A stretch of 54,217 nt of DNA from a virus (lineage: Duplodnaviria; Caudoviricetes). Both the position numbers and the translations under genes were made by a program. Location of the stretch: IMG/VR virus record IMGVR_UViG_3300039448_000022, positions 1 to 54,217 of that record. One strand, given 5' to 3'. Positions 44,667 through 53,182 of this stretch are shown here, piece by piece; positions within the stretch are counted from its first letter, which is position 1, and each line of letters opens with the position of its first letter. A model generated the notes under the pieces. That model was not told the origin of the DNA. It ran no database searches and worked only from the letters and a program-made list of their open reading frames with translations.

Positions 44667-44710
44667 CCAGCAGGGCGATTTTCTGTGAGAAGAAATATAA
44701 GGAGGCCATC

Positions 44711-45220
44711 ATGGTCGCTCAATCCACTGTTACTAAGCTCTCAGTTGAGCTTGTGCGCAAACCTGCTACCTCTGCGCTTAAGTTTAAAAACCGCAAGAGA
44801 ATCCCGTTCCACCGTCTTCCATTCGTTGATGCTGTACTAGGAAAAATCGGCCTGTCCTTCTGGGCGGTGCCAAAGACGGGTAATTACTTCGGCGGTTTTG
44901 AGACCGGCAATAATCTGGCTCGCATTTATCTGAAATACCTTCGAGAGAATGGCTCTAGTGGCGGTGGAACTCTTCCGTGTATGGTGTTGGATATGTTCGA
45001 CTGCGAAAACACCGACGACCCATCCATGAGCGCTTTGCGCGGGCAGGTGGTCGGCTTCTTCTCGGAGCTTGAATCTTGGGTTGCAATAGCATCACGTCAC
45101 TCTGGTGATAGTTTGGATCATCTGAGCAATACGCGATTACTCGAAGTGGCTAATAACGGTCTAAATTTCGATAACGAGTCGTATTTCACTGCTCAATCAG
45201 ACGAAGATGAGAAGGAGTGA
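44711..45220 (+). CDS. hypothetical protein in icd/kil position, C4-controlled
   Basis: AGGAGG RBS overlaps the C4 target a2. Confidence 0.7.
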   Translation: MVAQSTVTKLSVELVRKPATSALKFKNRKRIPFHRLPFVDAVLGKIGLSFWAVPKTGNYFGGFETGNNLARIYLKYLRENGSSGGGTLPCMVLDMFDCENTDDPSMSALRGQVVGFFSELESWVAIASRHSGDSLDHLSNTRLLEVANNGLNFDNESYFTAQSDEDEKE

Positions 45221-45223
45221 GCC

Positions 45224-45979
45224 ATGAACAGCATTGTTAACCTAAACAACACCGGTTGCCCAGTCACTACCTCACTAGCCATTGCCGAAGGCGTGGGAAA
45301 CCCGCACAAGTCCGTTATCCAACTGATCCGCCAGAACACCAGCGATATGGAGGAATTTGGCCCACTCGCATTTGAAATGCGGAAGGGTGAAGCCCTGCCA
45401 CAGGGCGGTTTTGCCAAGTCAACCGAATACGCCATACTCAACGAACAGCAATCCACCCTTTTGCTCACATATATGCGCAACAACGACGTGGTGCGCGAGT
45501 TCAAAAAGCGACTAGTCAAAGCCTTCTTTGAGCTAGCCCAGCAGCGGCAATCTCCGGCAGTTAATAATCTGTCCCGTCTAGATATACTGCAGATGGCGAT
45601 TCAGTCCGAAGAAGAGCGATTGCGTCTGGAGTATGAAAAACGCCAATTAGAACACCAACTGGAAGAGGAAGCGCCACTTGTAGCTTTCGCCAAACAAGTG
45701 GAAATAGCCCCAGACGCAATTAGCGTTGCGCAAGCCGCAAAGGTACTAGGTACCGGCCAACGTCGCTTGTTCGATTTCCTTCGCCAAATTGGCTGGGTTT
45801 CGCGGCGCAACGAGCCATACCAGACCAAGATTGAAGCTGGTTACTTAAACGTTAAATTGGGAAGCTTTCATCACCCTAGTCACGGCCTGCAACAGTCAGT
45901 CACTGCACTGGTGACCGGAAAGGGGCTGACCAAGCTTCAGAAGCTATGGGTGCAGCGCCATAAGGAGAGCGCAGCATAA
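45224..45979 (+). CDS. phage antirepressor (Rha N-domain plus KilAC/ANT C-domain)
   Basis: TTSLAIAEGVGNPHKSVIQLIR...LNEQQSTLLLTYMRN..VREFKKRLVKAF; ISVAQAAKVLGTG...LVTGKG. Confidence 0.92.
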   Translation: MNSIVNLNNTGCPVTTSLAIAEGVGNPHKSVIQLIRQNTSDMEEFGPLAFEMRKGEALPQGGFAKSTEYAILNEQQSTLLLTYMRNNDVVREFKKRLVKAFFELAQQRQSPAVNNLSRLDILQMAIQSEEERLRLEYEKRQLEHQLEEEAPLVAFAKQVEIAPDAISVAQAAKVLGTGQRRLFDFLRQIGWVSRRNEPYQTKIEAGYLNVKLGSFHHPSHGLQQSVTALVTGKGLTKLQKLWVQRHKESAA

Positions 45980-46027
45980 CTAAACCGTCTGAGATCAGCC
46001 TAAGTGTAGCTACGGGGAATTTCCGGG

Positions 46028-46053
46028 ACATTGCGACTGGCGGTATGAATTAA
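46028..46053 (+). repeat. direct repeat copy 2 (orphan gene end)
   Basis: ACATTGCGACTGGCGGTATGAATTAA. Confidence 0.85.
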
Positions 46054-46060
46054 ATTAATC

Positions 46061-46100
46061 GGAAAGCCTGAAAAAAAAAGTACTCTTTCAGTGCGAATAT
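46061..46100 (+). promoter_or_regulatory. putative late promoter 5
   Basis: GGAAA-N29-GAATAT. Confidence 0.55.
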
Positions 46101-46127
46101 TCATGTGATCAATCATGAGTGATGAGC

Positions 46128-46958
46128 ATGAAAACCGAAATTATTACTTACAACCTTCAAGACCGTGGCCGTCAATTTCGTGGTTCGCCTCGCAATTTCG
46201 ATATTAAGAAAATTGCGGAGAGCATTAATTCCTCGGCAATGCAAGAGCGCGTTAAAAATCGCGACCTTCTGGGTTACTACGGCCATTGGCCACGCAAACA
46301 ATTTGGCATAGAGCCAACCGAGGGAGGTCTCGCCAAAGGCCGCCCTTCAATTGTCGAGCCTGCTATTTGTACGACGATGCTTGAAGCCGATGAGAATGGA
46401 ACCATTCGCCATCAAGCTGAGTTTCTACAGACTGATGCTGGAAAGGTTGCGGCAAAGCTTTATGAAAGTCGTACCGGTGGGTTTTCGTCAGCCATTAGTG
46501 ATCGCCTCGGTGTTTTTCACGGCTTTGATTATGTTCTTGAACCAAACTTCACCCACAACCGAGGCTATGCGTTGGATTCTGTCGATGACATGACAGAAGA
46601 CGACATGATGGCCGCGATGATTGAAGAGCAGCTGCACGGAATGCAACTGGTACTAGATTCAGTAGAGCAACGCGCAGAAATTGAACGTCAAACCGCTGAG
46701 TTAGCTGCGCAGACATTAGCGGCAGTGCAAGCTGAGAATGCCGAACTGTATTCTATGTTGGTAAAAGCCGGTGTTAGCTTTGATTCGGTCAATGCCAGTG
46801 CTCAAGCCCCCTCAATGCTATCTGTAGATGCGACTGATAAATTCATGTTGGATTGCGCTAATTTTGATACTGAGCTGCTTCACTTTCGCAAAGTAGATAA
46901 AGAAGACCAGCCGAAAAGGAAGCAACGCACGGCAGGCAACTTCTTTAATTGGGGTTGA
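46128..46958 (+). CDS. prohead protease (P1 Pro-like)
   Basis: LGYYGH, GGFSSA and FHGFDYVLEPNF motifs. Confidence 0.85.
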   Translation: MKTEIITYNLQDRGRQFRGSPRNFDIKKIAESINSSAMQERVKNRDLLGYYGHWPRKQFGIEPTEGGLAKGRPSIVEPAICTTMLEADENGTIRHQAEFLQTDAGKVAAKLYESRTGGFSSAISDRLGVFHGFDYVLEPNFTHNRGYALDSVDDMTEDDMMAAMIEEQLHGMQLVLDSVEQRAEIERQTAELAAQTLAAVQAENAELYSMLVKAGVSFDSVNASAQAPSMLSVDATDKFMLDCANFDTELLHFRKVDKEDQPKRKQRTAGNFFNWG

Positions 46959-46960
46959 TC

Positions 46961-47683
46961 ATGGTGGATAAGTTTCTACAGCCGCTACAGCAAGGATTTG
47001 GTGAATATCTTGGTGAATTTTATGCCGGAATTTTGCCCCTCACAAAACAGATTGAAGAGTTTTCTAAGCGCGGGCAGGAATCCGCAATGGGCTGGGCTAG
47101 CGGTCGAATGGTCGACGACGCTGAAAAAATGTTAGCGCAGTGGGGTGAAGACTCAGGGGATGGATCGACACCAGGTACTCGGTTGCCTGCCATCCTAGTT
47201 GCACTGGATGGCGACATGGTTCTAACCGGTCGCGATTACATTCGTCAAGTGAGTGATCCGATATATGTGCGTTTGTCTGATGAAGATGCTCGAATATTTA
47301 AGCTGCGGACAATAACAAACGATCAGCGTGCCCAGGTGGTCATCGCTGCACACGATATGACAACCGCAAAAGCAATTGCGGGTCAGTTGCTGCTTTTTAT
47401 GGATTCCAAGCGTCGTTTTAATTCAGTGCATTCTTTTGCCGGTCATGACCTGAATTTTGAAGTGTTGATTGAAACGCCTGACTCACCCGCTTCTAAAATT
47501 GAAACAGAAAGCAAGAACCTAACGTTACTTGCCGTAGATCTCGCATTAAAAGCGACCATTCCACTGTTTAGCGCCCCTGCCGAAGGCGAGCCTAACGACG
47601 GCTCCGGGCTAACACCTCCGGGCTATCCCGTTGTGCTTGAAGTTGCTGATGCTAATTCACCACCACCTCAGATATTGGGTTAA
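46961..47683 (+). CDS. P1 gp24-like neck / tail-completion protein
   Basis: Recalled similarity (LPAILVA...NLTLLAVDL.L.A.IP); gene context. Confidence 0.55.
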   Translation: MVDKFLQPLQQGFGEYLGEFYAGILPLTKQIEEFSKRGQESAMGWASGRMVDDAEKMLAQWGEDSGDGSTPGTRLPAILVALDGDMVLTGRDYIRQVSDPIYVRLSDEDARIFKLRTITNDQRAQVVIAAHDMTTAKAIAGQLLLFMDSKRRFNSVHSFAGHDLNFEVLIETPDSPASKIETESKNLTLLAVDLALKATIPLFSAPAEGEPNDGSGLTPPGYPVVLEVADANSPPPQILG

Positions 47684-47687
47684 GCAC

Positions 47688-48200
47688 ATGAATGAGAATA
47701 AGAATTTAAAGATACAAACCAATATTGTTGGTTTTGGTGGTAAGCCTGTAAGCCTGCTGAGCCTCTATATCCCAAGTACGGGTGCTCTAATGGTTTCCGA
47801 ATTAAAGCGACACTCTAAAGAACGTTTAATTGATTCTATTGATGTATTGATAACGAACGAACAAGGGGAAAATCACGATTCTTTTTTTAATGAAGATGAT
47901 TTTCAAGAGGCTATCTCTGCGTATTTTTATTTAGCGGGTAAGACCTTTGGTGATGCTGCTTCATCATGCTTGCAGTTCCACAAAAAAGTTAATAACGGCT
48001 GCAACCCTGATAGTTATATCGAACAGGATGGCATGGACGTAAACGGTTGGCGTTATCGAGTACAGGAAATTCCAAGCAGCGCAGTCGCGGTGCTTGCAAC
48101 TGCAATGTACGTACGAAAATCACAGAATATAAGCAGAACCGTTGATTTTGCTGAAGAAATGGCAGCCTTAGTTAATGACGGTTTTGGAGTAACTATTTAA
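47688..48200 (+). CDS. P1 gp7-like protein
   Basis: C-terminal NGWRYRV.EI...AVLAT; follows the gp24-like gene. Confidence 0.5.
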   Translation: MNENKNLKIQTNIVGFGGKPVSLLSLYIPSTGALMVSELKRHSKERLIDSIDVLITNEQGENHDSFFNEDDFQEAISAYFYLAGKTFGDAASSCLQFHKKVNNGCNPDSYIEQDGMDVNGWRYRVQEIPSSAVAVLATAMYVRKSQNISRTVDFAEEMAALVNDGFGVTI

Positions 48201-48412
48201 TGAATGCAGATCAGAACTTAGAAGCTGAAGCTGAGCTTCAAGAGCGTATGCGAGTGTTGGAAATTGAACGTATTCAGCGTCAAGTCGCGCAAATGCCAGT
48301 TGGTTTCTCTGGCGACTGTGAAAGCTGTGGCTTTGAGTCTAAACGCTTGGTCGGAGGTGAGTGCGCTCCTTGTCGAGACATTAAAGAAAAGAGAGGGTTT
48401 CGACGTGGATAA
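48200..48412 (+). CDS. TraR/DksA-like C4 zinc-finger protein
   Basis: N-terminal helix plus CESC...CAPC; 70 aa. Confidence 0.7.
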   Translation: MNADQNLEAEAELQERMRVLEIERIQRQVAQMPVGFSGDCESCGFESKRLVGGECAPCRDIKEKRGFRRG

Positions 48413-48740
48413 CAACCCTCAGGCCGCTAGGGATTTTTACTCTCGTGTTCGAAAGTTGTGCGCGGGAGCCACTGTTGTTACTGAGGGGGTTGTTTTTCAC
48501 CAAGTTACACCTGATGAGGCTTATGACTTAAGCCTTGTCTCTGAGCGTGTGTATGGGCGTCGTGATGAATATTTAGCAGTAATGGCGGCGGCGGGTATCG
48601 ATACACCGGAAACACCACTCGCTCAAGCTGTTATTGCACTGCCTACGCCTGCGAGTCTTTTGGAGTTAAAACGAGCTTCTGGCTTTGAATCAATTGCCGA
48701 ATTTAGAGATAACGGCTCACCTACGTGGATTAACCAGTAA
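48405..48740 (+). CDS. P1 gp26-like baseplate protein (LysM/gpX-like)
   Basis: VTPDEAYDLSLVSERVYG....AVMAAAGID...LP. Confidence 0.7.
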   Translation: MDNNPQAARDFYSRVRKLCAGATVVTEGVVFHQVTPDEAYDLSLVSERVYGRRDEYLAVMAAAGIDTPETPLAQAVIALPTPASLLELKRASGFESIAEFRDNGSPTWINQ

Positions 48741-49801
48741 TGGTTGGTAAGGTTCGCGGACACGTTGCAGACGCGCAACGACTTGAAAGAGAAGAGAGAT
48801 CACAAAGAAAAGCGGTTGATCAGAATTCGAGTAATCGTCTTTTATCAAAGCGTGAACTTCAGGGTGAGTGGGATGCTTCACGCGTTCTTTATACAACGCT
48901 GAACGGCGAATTAAGAACAATTACGGCGTCTGATTTAGATGCCTTTCGCAAGAACATGGAGGTTGCGCAAAAGTCGTTTAAGGGTGGCGGTATCACTGCA
49001 CGTCAGGTACTCGATCTTGCAGCATCAAAACCACTTAAATACAAAAACCCTCAAAAAGAGAACGCTATTAGCGACCTCGACAAGGCGAAAAGGGAAATTA
49101 AGACGGCGATCGCTGCGTCAGCCAAAAATAATGATATTCGCTTTATCACGTCAGCCGGTACGGGATCAAAAGTAACACGTCACTACGTGACTATCCGAAT
49201 GAACGGTATGGATGGCGCTATTCGCCAGCTTTCGCTGATTAAATCAGGTGATAAGGCAGAATTAAAAAAGGTGGCACGCTGGCTCAGAAAGCAAAAGCTA
49301 GCATTTGACTGTGACTGTGAACGCCACAAGTACTTTTTTCGCTACGTTGCCACGATTGGTGGATTTGCAGCGGGCAGGCCAGAGACTGCCTACCCGAAAA
49401 TAACGAACCCGAAGCTACAGGGTGTTGCTTGTAAGCATGTGCTACGTGCGATGAATGAATTTGATTCATCGACCGTGGTTCTTAGTTTTATTGAGCGTTT
49501 ATTGGCTGGTGTGCATTCCAGTAAAAACAACCGTGCAAATGTTCGCCTAAGTGAAGCTGAAGCGAAGAAACAGCAGAAGGCACGGAAGCGAGTTATTAAA
49601 ACCAGTGACGACCGCAAAGAAGAAGCTAGACGACGACGAAGCATCAATGCAGCTCATCGCGCAGTAAAACAAGCGGAACGCCTACAGGGGCGTCAGCCAG
49701 CGGCCACGAAGCGATACAAGGAAGCGCTTGAGCGTGGCGAACTGACGACAGATGACCTAATTGCAATGCTCGTTAATAACGGCATTAATCCGGGGAAATA
49801 A
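48740..49801 (+). CDS. P1 gp25-like SWIM zinc-finger protein
   Basis: FDCDCERHKYFFRY...PKITNPKLQGVACKHVL. Confidence 0.8.
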   Translation: MVGKVRGHVADAQRLEREERSQRKAVDQNSSNRLLSKRELQGEWDASRVLYTTLNGELRTITASDLDAFRKNMEVAQKSFKGGGITARQVLDLAASKPLKYKNPQKENAISDLDKAKREIKTAIAASAKNNDIRFITSAGTGSKVTRHYVTIRMNGMDGAIRQLSLIKSGDKAELKKVARWLRKQKLAFDCDCERHKYFFRYVATIGGFAAGRPETAYPKITNPKLQGVACKHVLRAMNEFDSSTVVLSFIERLLAGVHSSKNNRANVRLSEAEAKKQQKARKRVIKTSDDRKEEARRRRSINAAHRAVKQAERLQGRQPAATKRYKEALERGELTTDDLIAMLVNNGINPGK

Positions 49802-49808
49802 ATAAGAC

Positions 49809-51056
49809 ATGCTTAATAATATCCCGCAAGGCGTTATTAGAAATCTGCGTAACGTTATTACCAAGCACCCAAACACTTTTGAATGTCAGGTAATTCGAAA
49901 GGAAGTCGTTCGCTCTGGCGCGGGCGAGCTTGGTGGAATGAGAGTTCTAAGCTCCGAAGATGAGCATGATACTCAATACTCCTCCGTGGGCGTTGGTTAC
50001 GCATTGCCGTCAGATCAGTTTCAGGGTGGTGGTTTGTACGATAGCGGCGATGCTGTTTATGGCGATGAACAAGAATATAGTTTTTTAATTGAGCCTGATG
50101 CGGCATCTGGACAAGAGGGGCATTGGTCCCCTCAGAAACGCGACATTATGTACATCGTAATTAGCGATACAGTAAAAGTGGCTTATGAATTAGTTGGCCA
50201 TCGTACACCGCTTAACATGGCACCATTTCCCGTGGTTTGGATTGCTAATAGAGTCAGTGAAATGGACGTGCTAGGCACAGATCCTGTTGATGATTTACCT
50301 AGCGCAAGCTTTGGGGGGTTATCTCAATTTGAAACTGAAATAACACCTGCGCTACCCGGTGAATTTAGTCATGATTTAGGTTTTACTGTAACTCCGCTAT
50401 CGTTTGTTTTGGATATTCCAGATGAGGGCGGAACAACATATTCAAAAGCTGCCGGGGTTGATGTGGTAGGAATTGAAGAACCTGTTTATTTTGAAGTTAA
50501 GAATACCCCCATTCCTGGCAACATCTTAACTGCTGGAACAGATGTGGCATCGATCATTCTATTGTTCGGGATGACACCAGCCGATTTTGCTTCTCTAATG
50601 ATTGCTCCTTCACCTGTTGATAACCCACAGTCTCTGGGGTTGTTCTTGCTTGCAGCGAATGCTTATTCAGATATTTATACTCAAGCTGTAGTAATTGATC
50701 CGGCAACAAATTCAAATAGCGGCTGTAATTTTTATGAAGGTATCAATGGCCGAGTTGGAATTAGTTACAACCCTGAGACACTTGAGCTATCGATGTCTTA
50801 TTTCCCAGAGGTGGTTAATGCATTTTCAGATGGTAAAGAGATAGTTGGACCGTTTACGGTAACCCTGCCTTTTGAAGCAGGAAGAATTCCAATATCCGGA
50901 CTTGTGCTTGGAGAAATATTAGACAATTTCTCTATTGAGTTGGTTGTGAATCAAAATGAATTTGAAGGAGCTATTCCTGCTGGGTTCGCCGCGCTTGGTG
51001 ATACCACCTACGGAACAGACACCTATTCATTACCTGATGGACTTGGATTGGAATAG
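49809..51056 (+). CDS. structural protein; possible head-tail N-domain plus variable C-terminal extension
   Basis: 415 aa ORF in the late cluster; family assignment weak. Confidence 0.55.
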   Translation: MLNNIPQGVIRNLRNVITKHPNTFECQVIRKEVVRSGAGELGGMRVLSSEDEHDTQYSSVGVGYALPSDQFQGGGLYDSGDAVYGDEQEYSFLIEPDAASGQEGHWSPQKRDIMYIVISDTVKVAYELVGHRTPLNMAPFPVVWIANRVSEMDVLGTDPVDDLPSASFGGLSQFETEITPALPGEFSHDLGFTVTPLSFVLDIPDEGGTTYSKAAGVDVVGIEEPVYFEVKNTPIPGNILTAGTDVASIILLFGMTPADFASLMIAPSPVDNPQSLGLFLLAANAYSDIYTQAVVIDPATNSNSGCNFYEGINGRVGISYNPETLELSMSYFPEVVNAFSDGKEIVGPFTVTLPFEAGRIPISGLVLGEILDNFSIELVVNQNEFEGAIPAGFAALGDTTYGTDTYSLPDGLGLE

Positions 51057-51084
51057 AAATACATTTTAGTTTTAGGAATAGATT

Positions 51085-51366
51085 ATGGGCACGGTCGTAG
51101 ATCTTGATAACAGCACTACTGTCGCGGTAGTTGGTTCGGATAATATTACTCTTGCTGAAGAGTACACTCATCACAAAATCACAGTACGCGGCCCATCCGG
51201 TATTCATATTGCGTTTAAGCCCTTTGGTGCGGATGACTATGATGACAGCGCAGGCGAAATTGAAGAAAACGGATCAGAGCTTTTCTTTGTTGGCCCGTCA
51301 ATAGAACTTGAAGTGACCACCGTCGTACCAGGTGCGAACGTCACCGTCATGATTTTAAGCTGGTGA
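51085..51366 (+). CDS. small beta-rich structural protein, paralogue A
   Basis: YTHHKITVRG...LSW shared with 52884..53180. Confidence 0.75.
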   Translation: MGTVVDLDNSTTVAVVGSDNITLAEEYTHHKITVRGPSGIHIAFKPFGADDYDDSAGEIEENGSELFFVGPSIELEVTTVVPGANVTVMILSW

Positions 51367-51373
51367 TAAATTT

Positions 51374-51742
51374 ATGAAAATTGGTGGGAAGGTTCAGAGA
51401 ATTCAGCCATGTGCGATTAAGCAGCATAGAAAGGGCGGCTATAAGGTTTTGCCGCCTGTACTAGTTTTGGCCTCCCAAACTCTACCGCAGCCTTTAATTA
51501 CGAAAATTTATAGTCACGTCAGTGCAGTATCAGGTCTGGATGTCGGTAAAACAATATCAAGCGGTAATGGACTTATCGTTAAGGCGCAAGATCCTCAGGT
51601 CGGCAGTGTGATTTTTATTAATGCGGCGACCGCAATTTATAACAACGGAAGTGGACGTGGATCAGTCACGATAACTGCCTCTGATGGTTTTAAGTTAGTC
51701 ACTACTGAAATACAACCAACAATTATCAAGCTAGGAGATTAG
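51374..51742 (+). CDS. hypothetical fibre or decoration-associated protein
   Basis: Basic N-terminus, beta-rich body. Confidence 0.6.
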   Translation: MKIGGKVQRIQPCAIKQHRKGGYKVLPPVLVLASQTLPQPLITKIYSHVSAVSGLDVGKTISSGNGLIVKAQDPQVGSVIFINAATAIYNNGSGRGSVTITASDGFKLVTTEIQPTIIKLGD

Positions 51743-51745
51743 CAA

Positions 51746-52759
51746 ATGTTTGCACAAGTTTATTTTGATGGCGTTACAAGTGGCGCATTATCGTATGAAG
51801 ATATGATGGACGATATCGTGGCACTTATGACGGGAGAGACTGACGTTAATAATCTTTCTGTGGCTACGTTAGGAGATTCTGGACATATCAATACAACACT
51901 TCCAGCGGGATGGGCACTGGAGAGTAAAGATTCCACGACCACCGCTGGATATATTTACTATATTTTGAGTGCGTTAGTAGAAGGTTCAAGCACTCGAAAG
52001 AAATTCATTATGATTTATTTGCAATTAAGCAATGGACGATATTATTTTAGTAGTGGTGATGCTGTTAGTACGGCAAGCCCTACAACTAGGCTCTATTTTA
52101 CCTTGACTGAAAAGGTAGTCCCACCAATCACAAATTCTGGAGATCAATACTTATCCCAGACATCAGCTTATTATGTTTACCTTCAATGCCAGCGAGAAGG
52201 TTATATGATGATGTTCGGAGAAGGTGCCCGGTACACTTTTAGCTCATTTGAGCGTGAGCGGAATAGTGACTACCCAGGTGATTTGCCTGACTCAGATATG
52301 CCATGCATGGCACTGTTTAGGGGGCCAGCTAATACCTTCAATAACTACCATAATAACTACCCAGTCCCTAACCCTTATACCGACGATCCAGATTCTTTTC
52401 TTACTGTATATTCATCAGGGGAGTTTACCACAGGGTCACCAACCATCGGTCTAGTGAGTGCGTATCACAATTGGTTTGTTTCTAATGGAGCTGCACCTGC
52501 TTTGAGAGTAGAGCAAAGTGACGGATCAACTCCGATGATATTCACACAGCCTCTGATGGTGAGTGGGCGCGTTATTCTCGGTAAATTGTTACCTAATTTT
52601 AAAGTGTATAGATACCAACCCGACAACACTATTAGTAACATCCCCGGCCAAGAAGTCGTCTTGCAAGATAGCGGAGGTGAGACTCTTGGAGTTTACTGTG
52701 TGTTTGCACCGCAATGGGGGGTGACTACGGCGACACCATTTCTGGTCGAAAAGAGATAA
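51746..52759 (+). CDS. putative fibre or receptor-binding structural protein
   Basis: 337 aa Ser/Thr/Tyr-rich ORF with AGGAG RBS. Confidence 0.6.
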   Translation: MFAQVYFDGVTSGALSYEDMMDDIVALMTGETDVNNLSVATLGDSGHINTTLPAGWALESKDSTTTAGYIYYILSALVEGSSTRKKFIMIYLQLSNGRYYFSSGDAVSTASPTTRLYFTLTEKVVPPITNSGDQYLSQTSAYYVYLQCQREGYMMMFGEGARYTFSSFERERNSDYPGDLPDSDMPCMALFRGPANTFNNYHNNYPVPNPYTDDPDSFLTVYSSGEFTTGSPTIGLVSAYHNWFVSNGAAPALRVEQSDGSTPMIFTQPLMVSGRVILGKLLPNFKVYRYQPDNTISNIPGQEVVLQDSGGETLGVYCVFAPQWGVTTATPFLVEKR

Positions 52760-52810
52760 TCGAGTAAAATTTAGCTCTCACCTCCATATCTCTGGGCTTT
52801 CTACTCCATA

Positions 52811-52850
52811 GGAAACCCAGAGAAAGACCTTGCTGTATCACCAATATAAT
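52811..52850 (+). promoter_or_regulatory. putative late promoter 6
   Basis: GGAAA-N29-TATAAT. Confidence 0.7.
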
Positions 52851-52883
52851 CAGTGGAAGATTTTGATTTTATAGGAATGCAGC

Positions 52884-53180
52884 ATGGCTTCTGTCACTGG
52901 TTTAAACCAAAGCGCACCACCAACTTCTGTCATTGGCTCTGGTGAAATTGACCTAGTTGAATCGTATACCCACCACAAAATCACCGTGCGCGGCTCCTCG
53001 GCTATTAATATCAAGTTTATGCCCCATGGTCAGGAAGACTACGACGAATGGTCTGACGAAAGCGAAGGCTTGATTGCTCAGAACAGTTCTGATGTTTTCT
53101 TAACGGGTCCCGCTAAAAAAATGAGCGTCACTACTGCAGTGCCGGGCGAAACAGTTCAAGTAAAGGTGTTGAGCTGGTGA
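52884..53180 (+). CDS. small beta-rich structural protein, paralogue B
   Basis: YTHHKITVRG...VLSW. Confidence 0.75.
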   Translation: MASVTGLNQSAPPTSVIGSGEIDLVESYTHHKITVRGSSAINIKFMPHGQEDYDEWSDESEGLIAQNSSDVFLTGPAKKMSVTTAVPGETVQVKVLSW

Positions 53181-53182
53181 GT

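Noticed and set aside
44595-44840. 81 aa ORF across the C4 RNA
   Set aside because: TTG start inside the structured RNA with no RBS; overlaps the better-supported 44711 gene
52789-52823. Divergent late promoter on the minus strand within the TCTCTGGG...CCCAGAGA inverted repeat
   Set aside because: The minus-strand copy is AGAAA with no -10 at the matching offset; more likely a terminator-like hairpin
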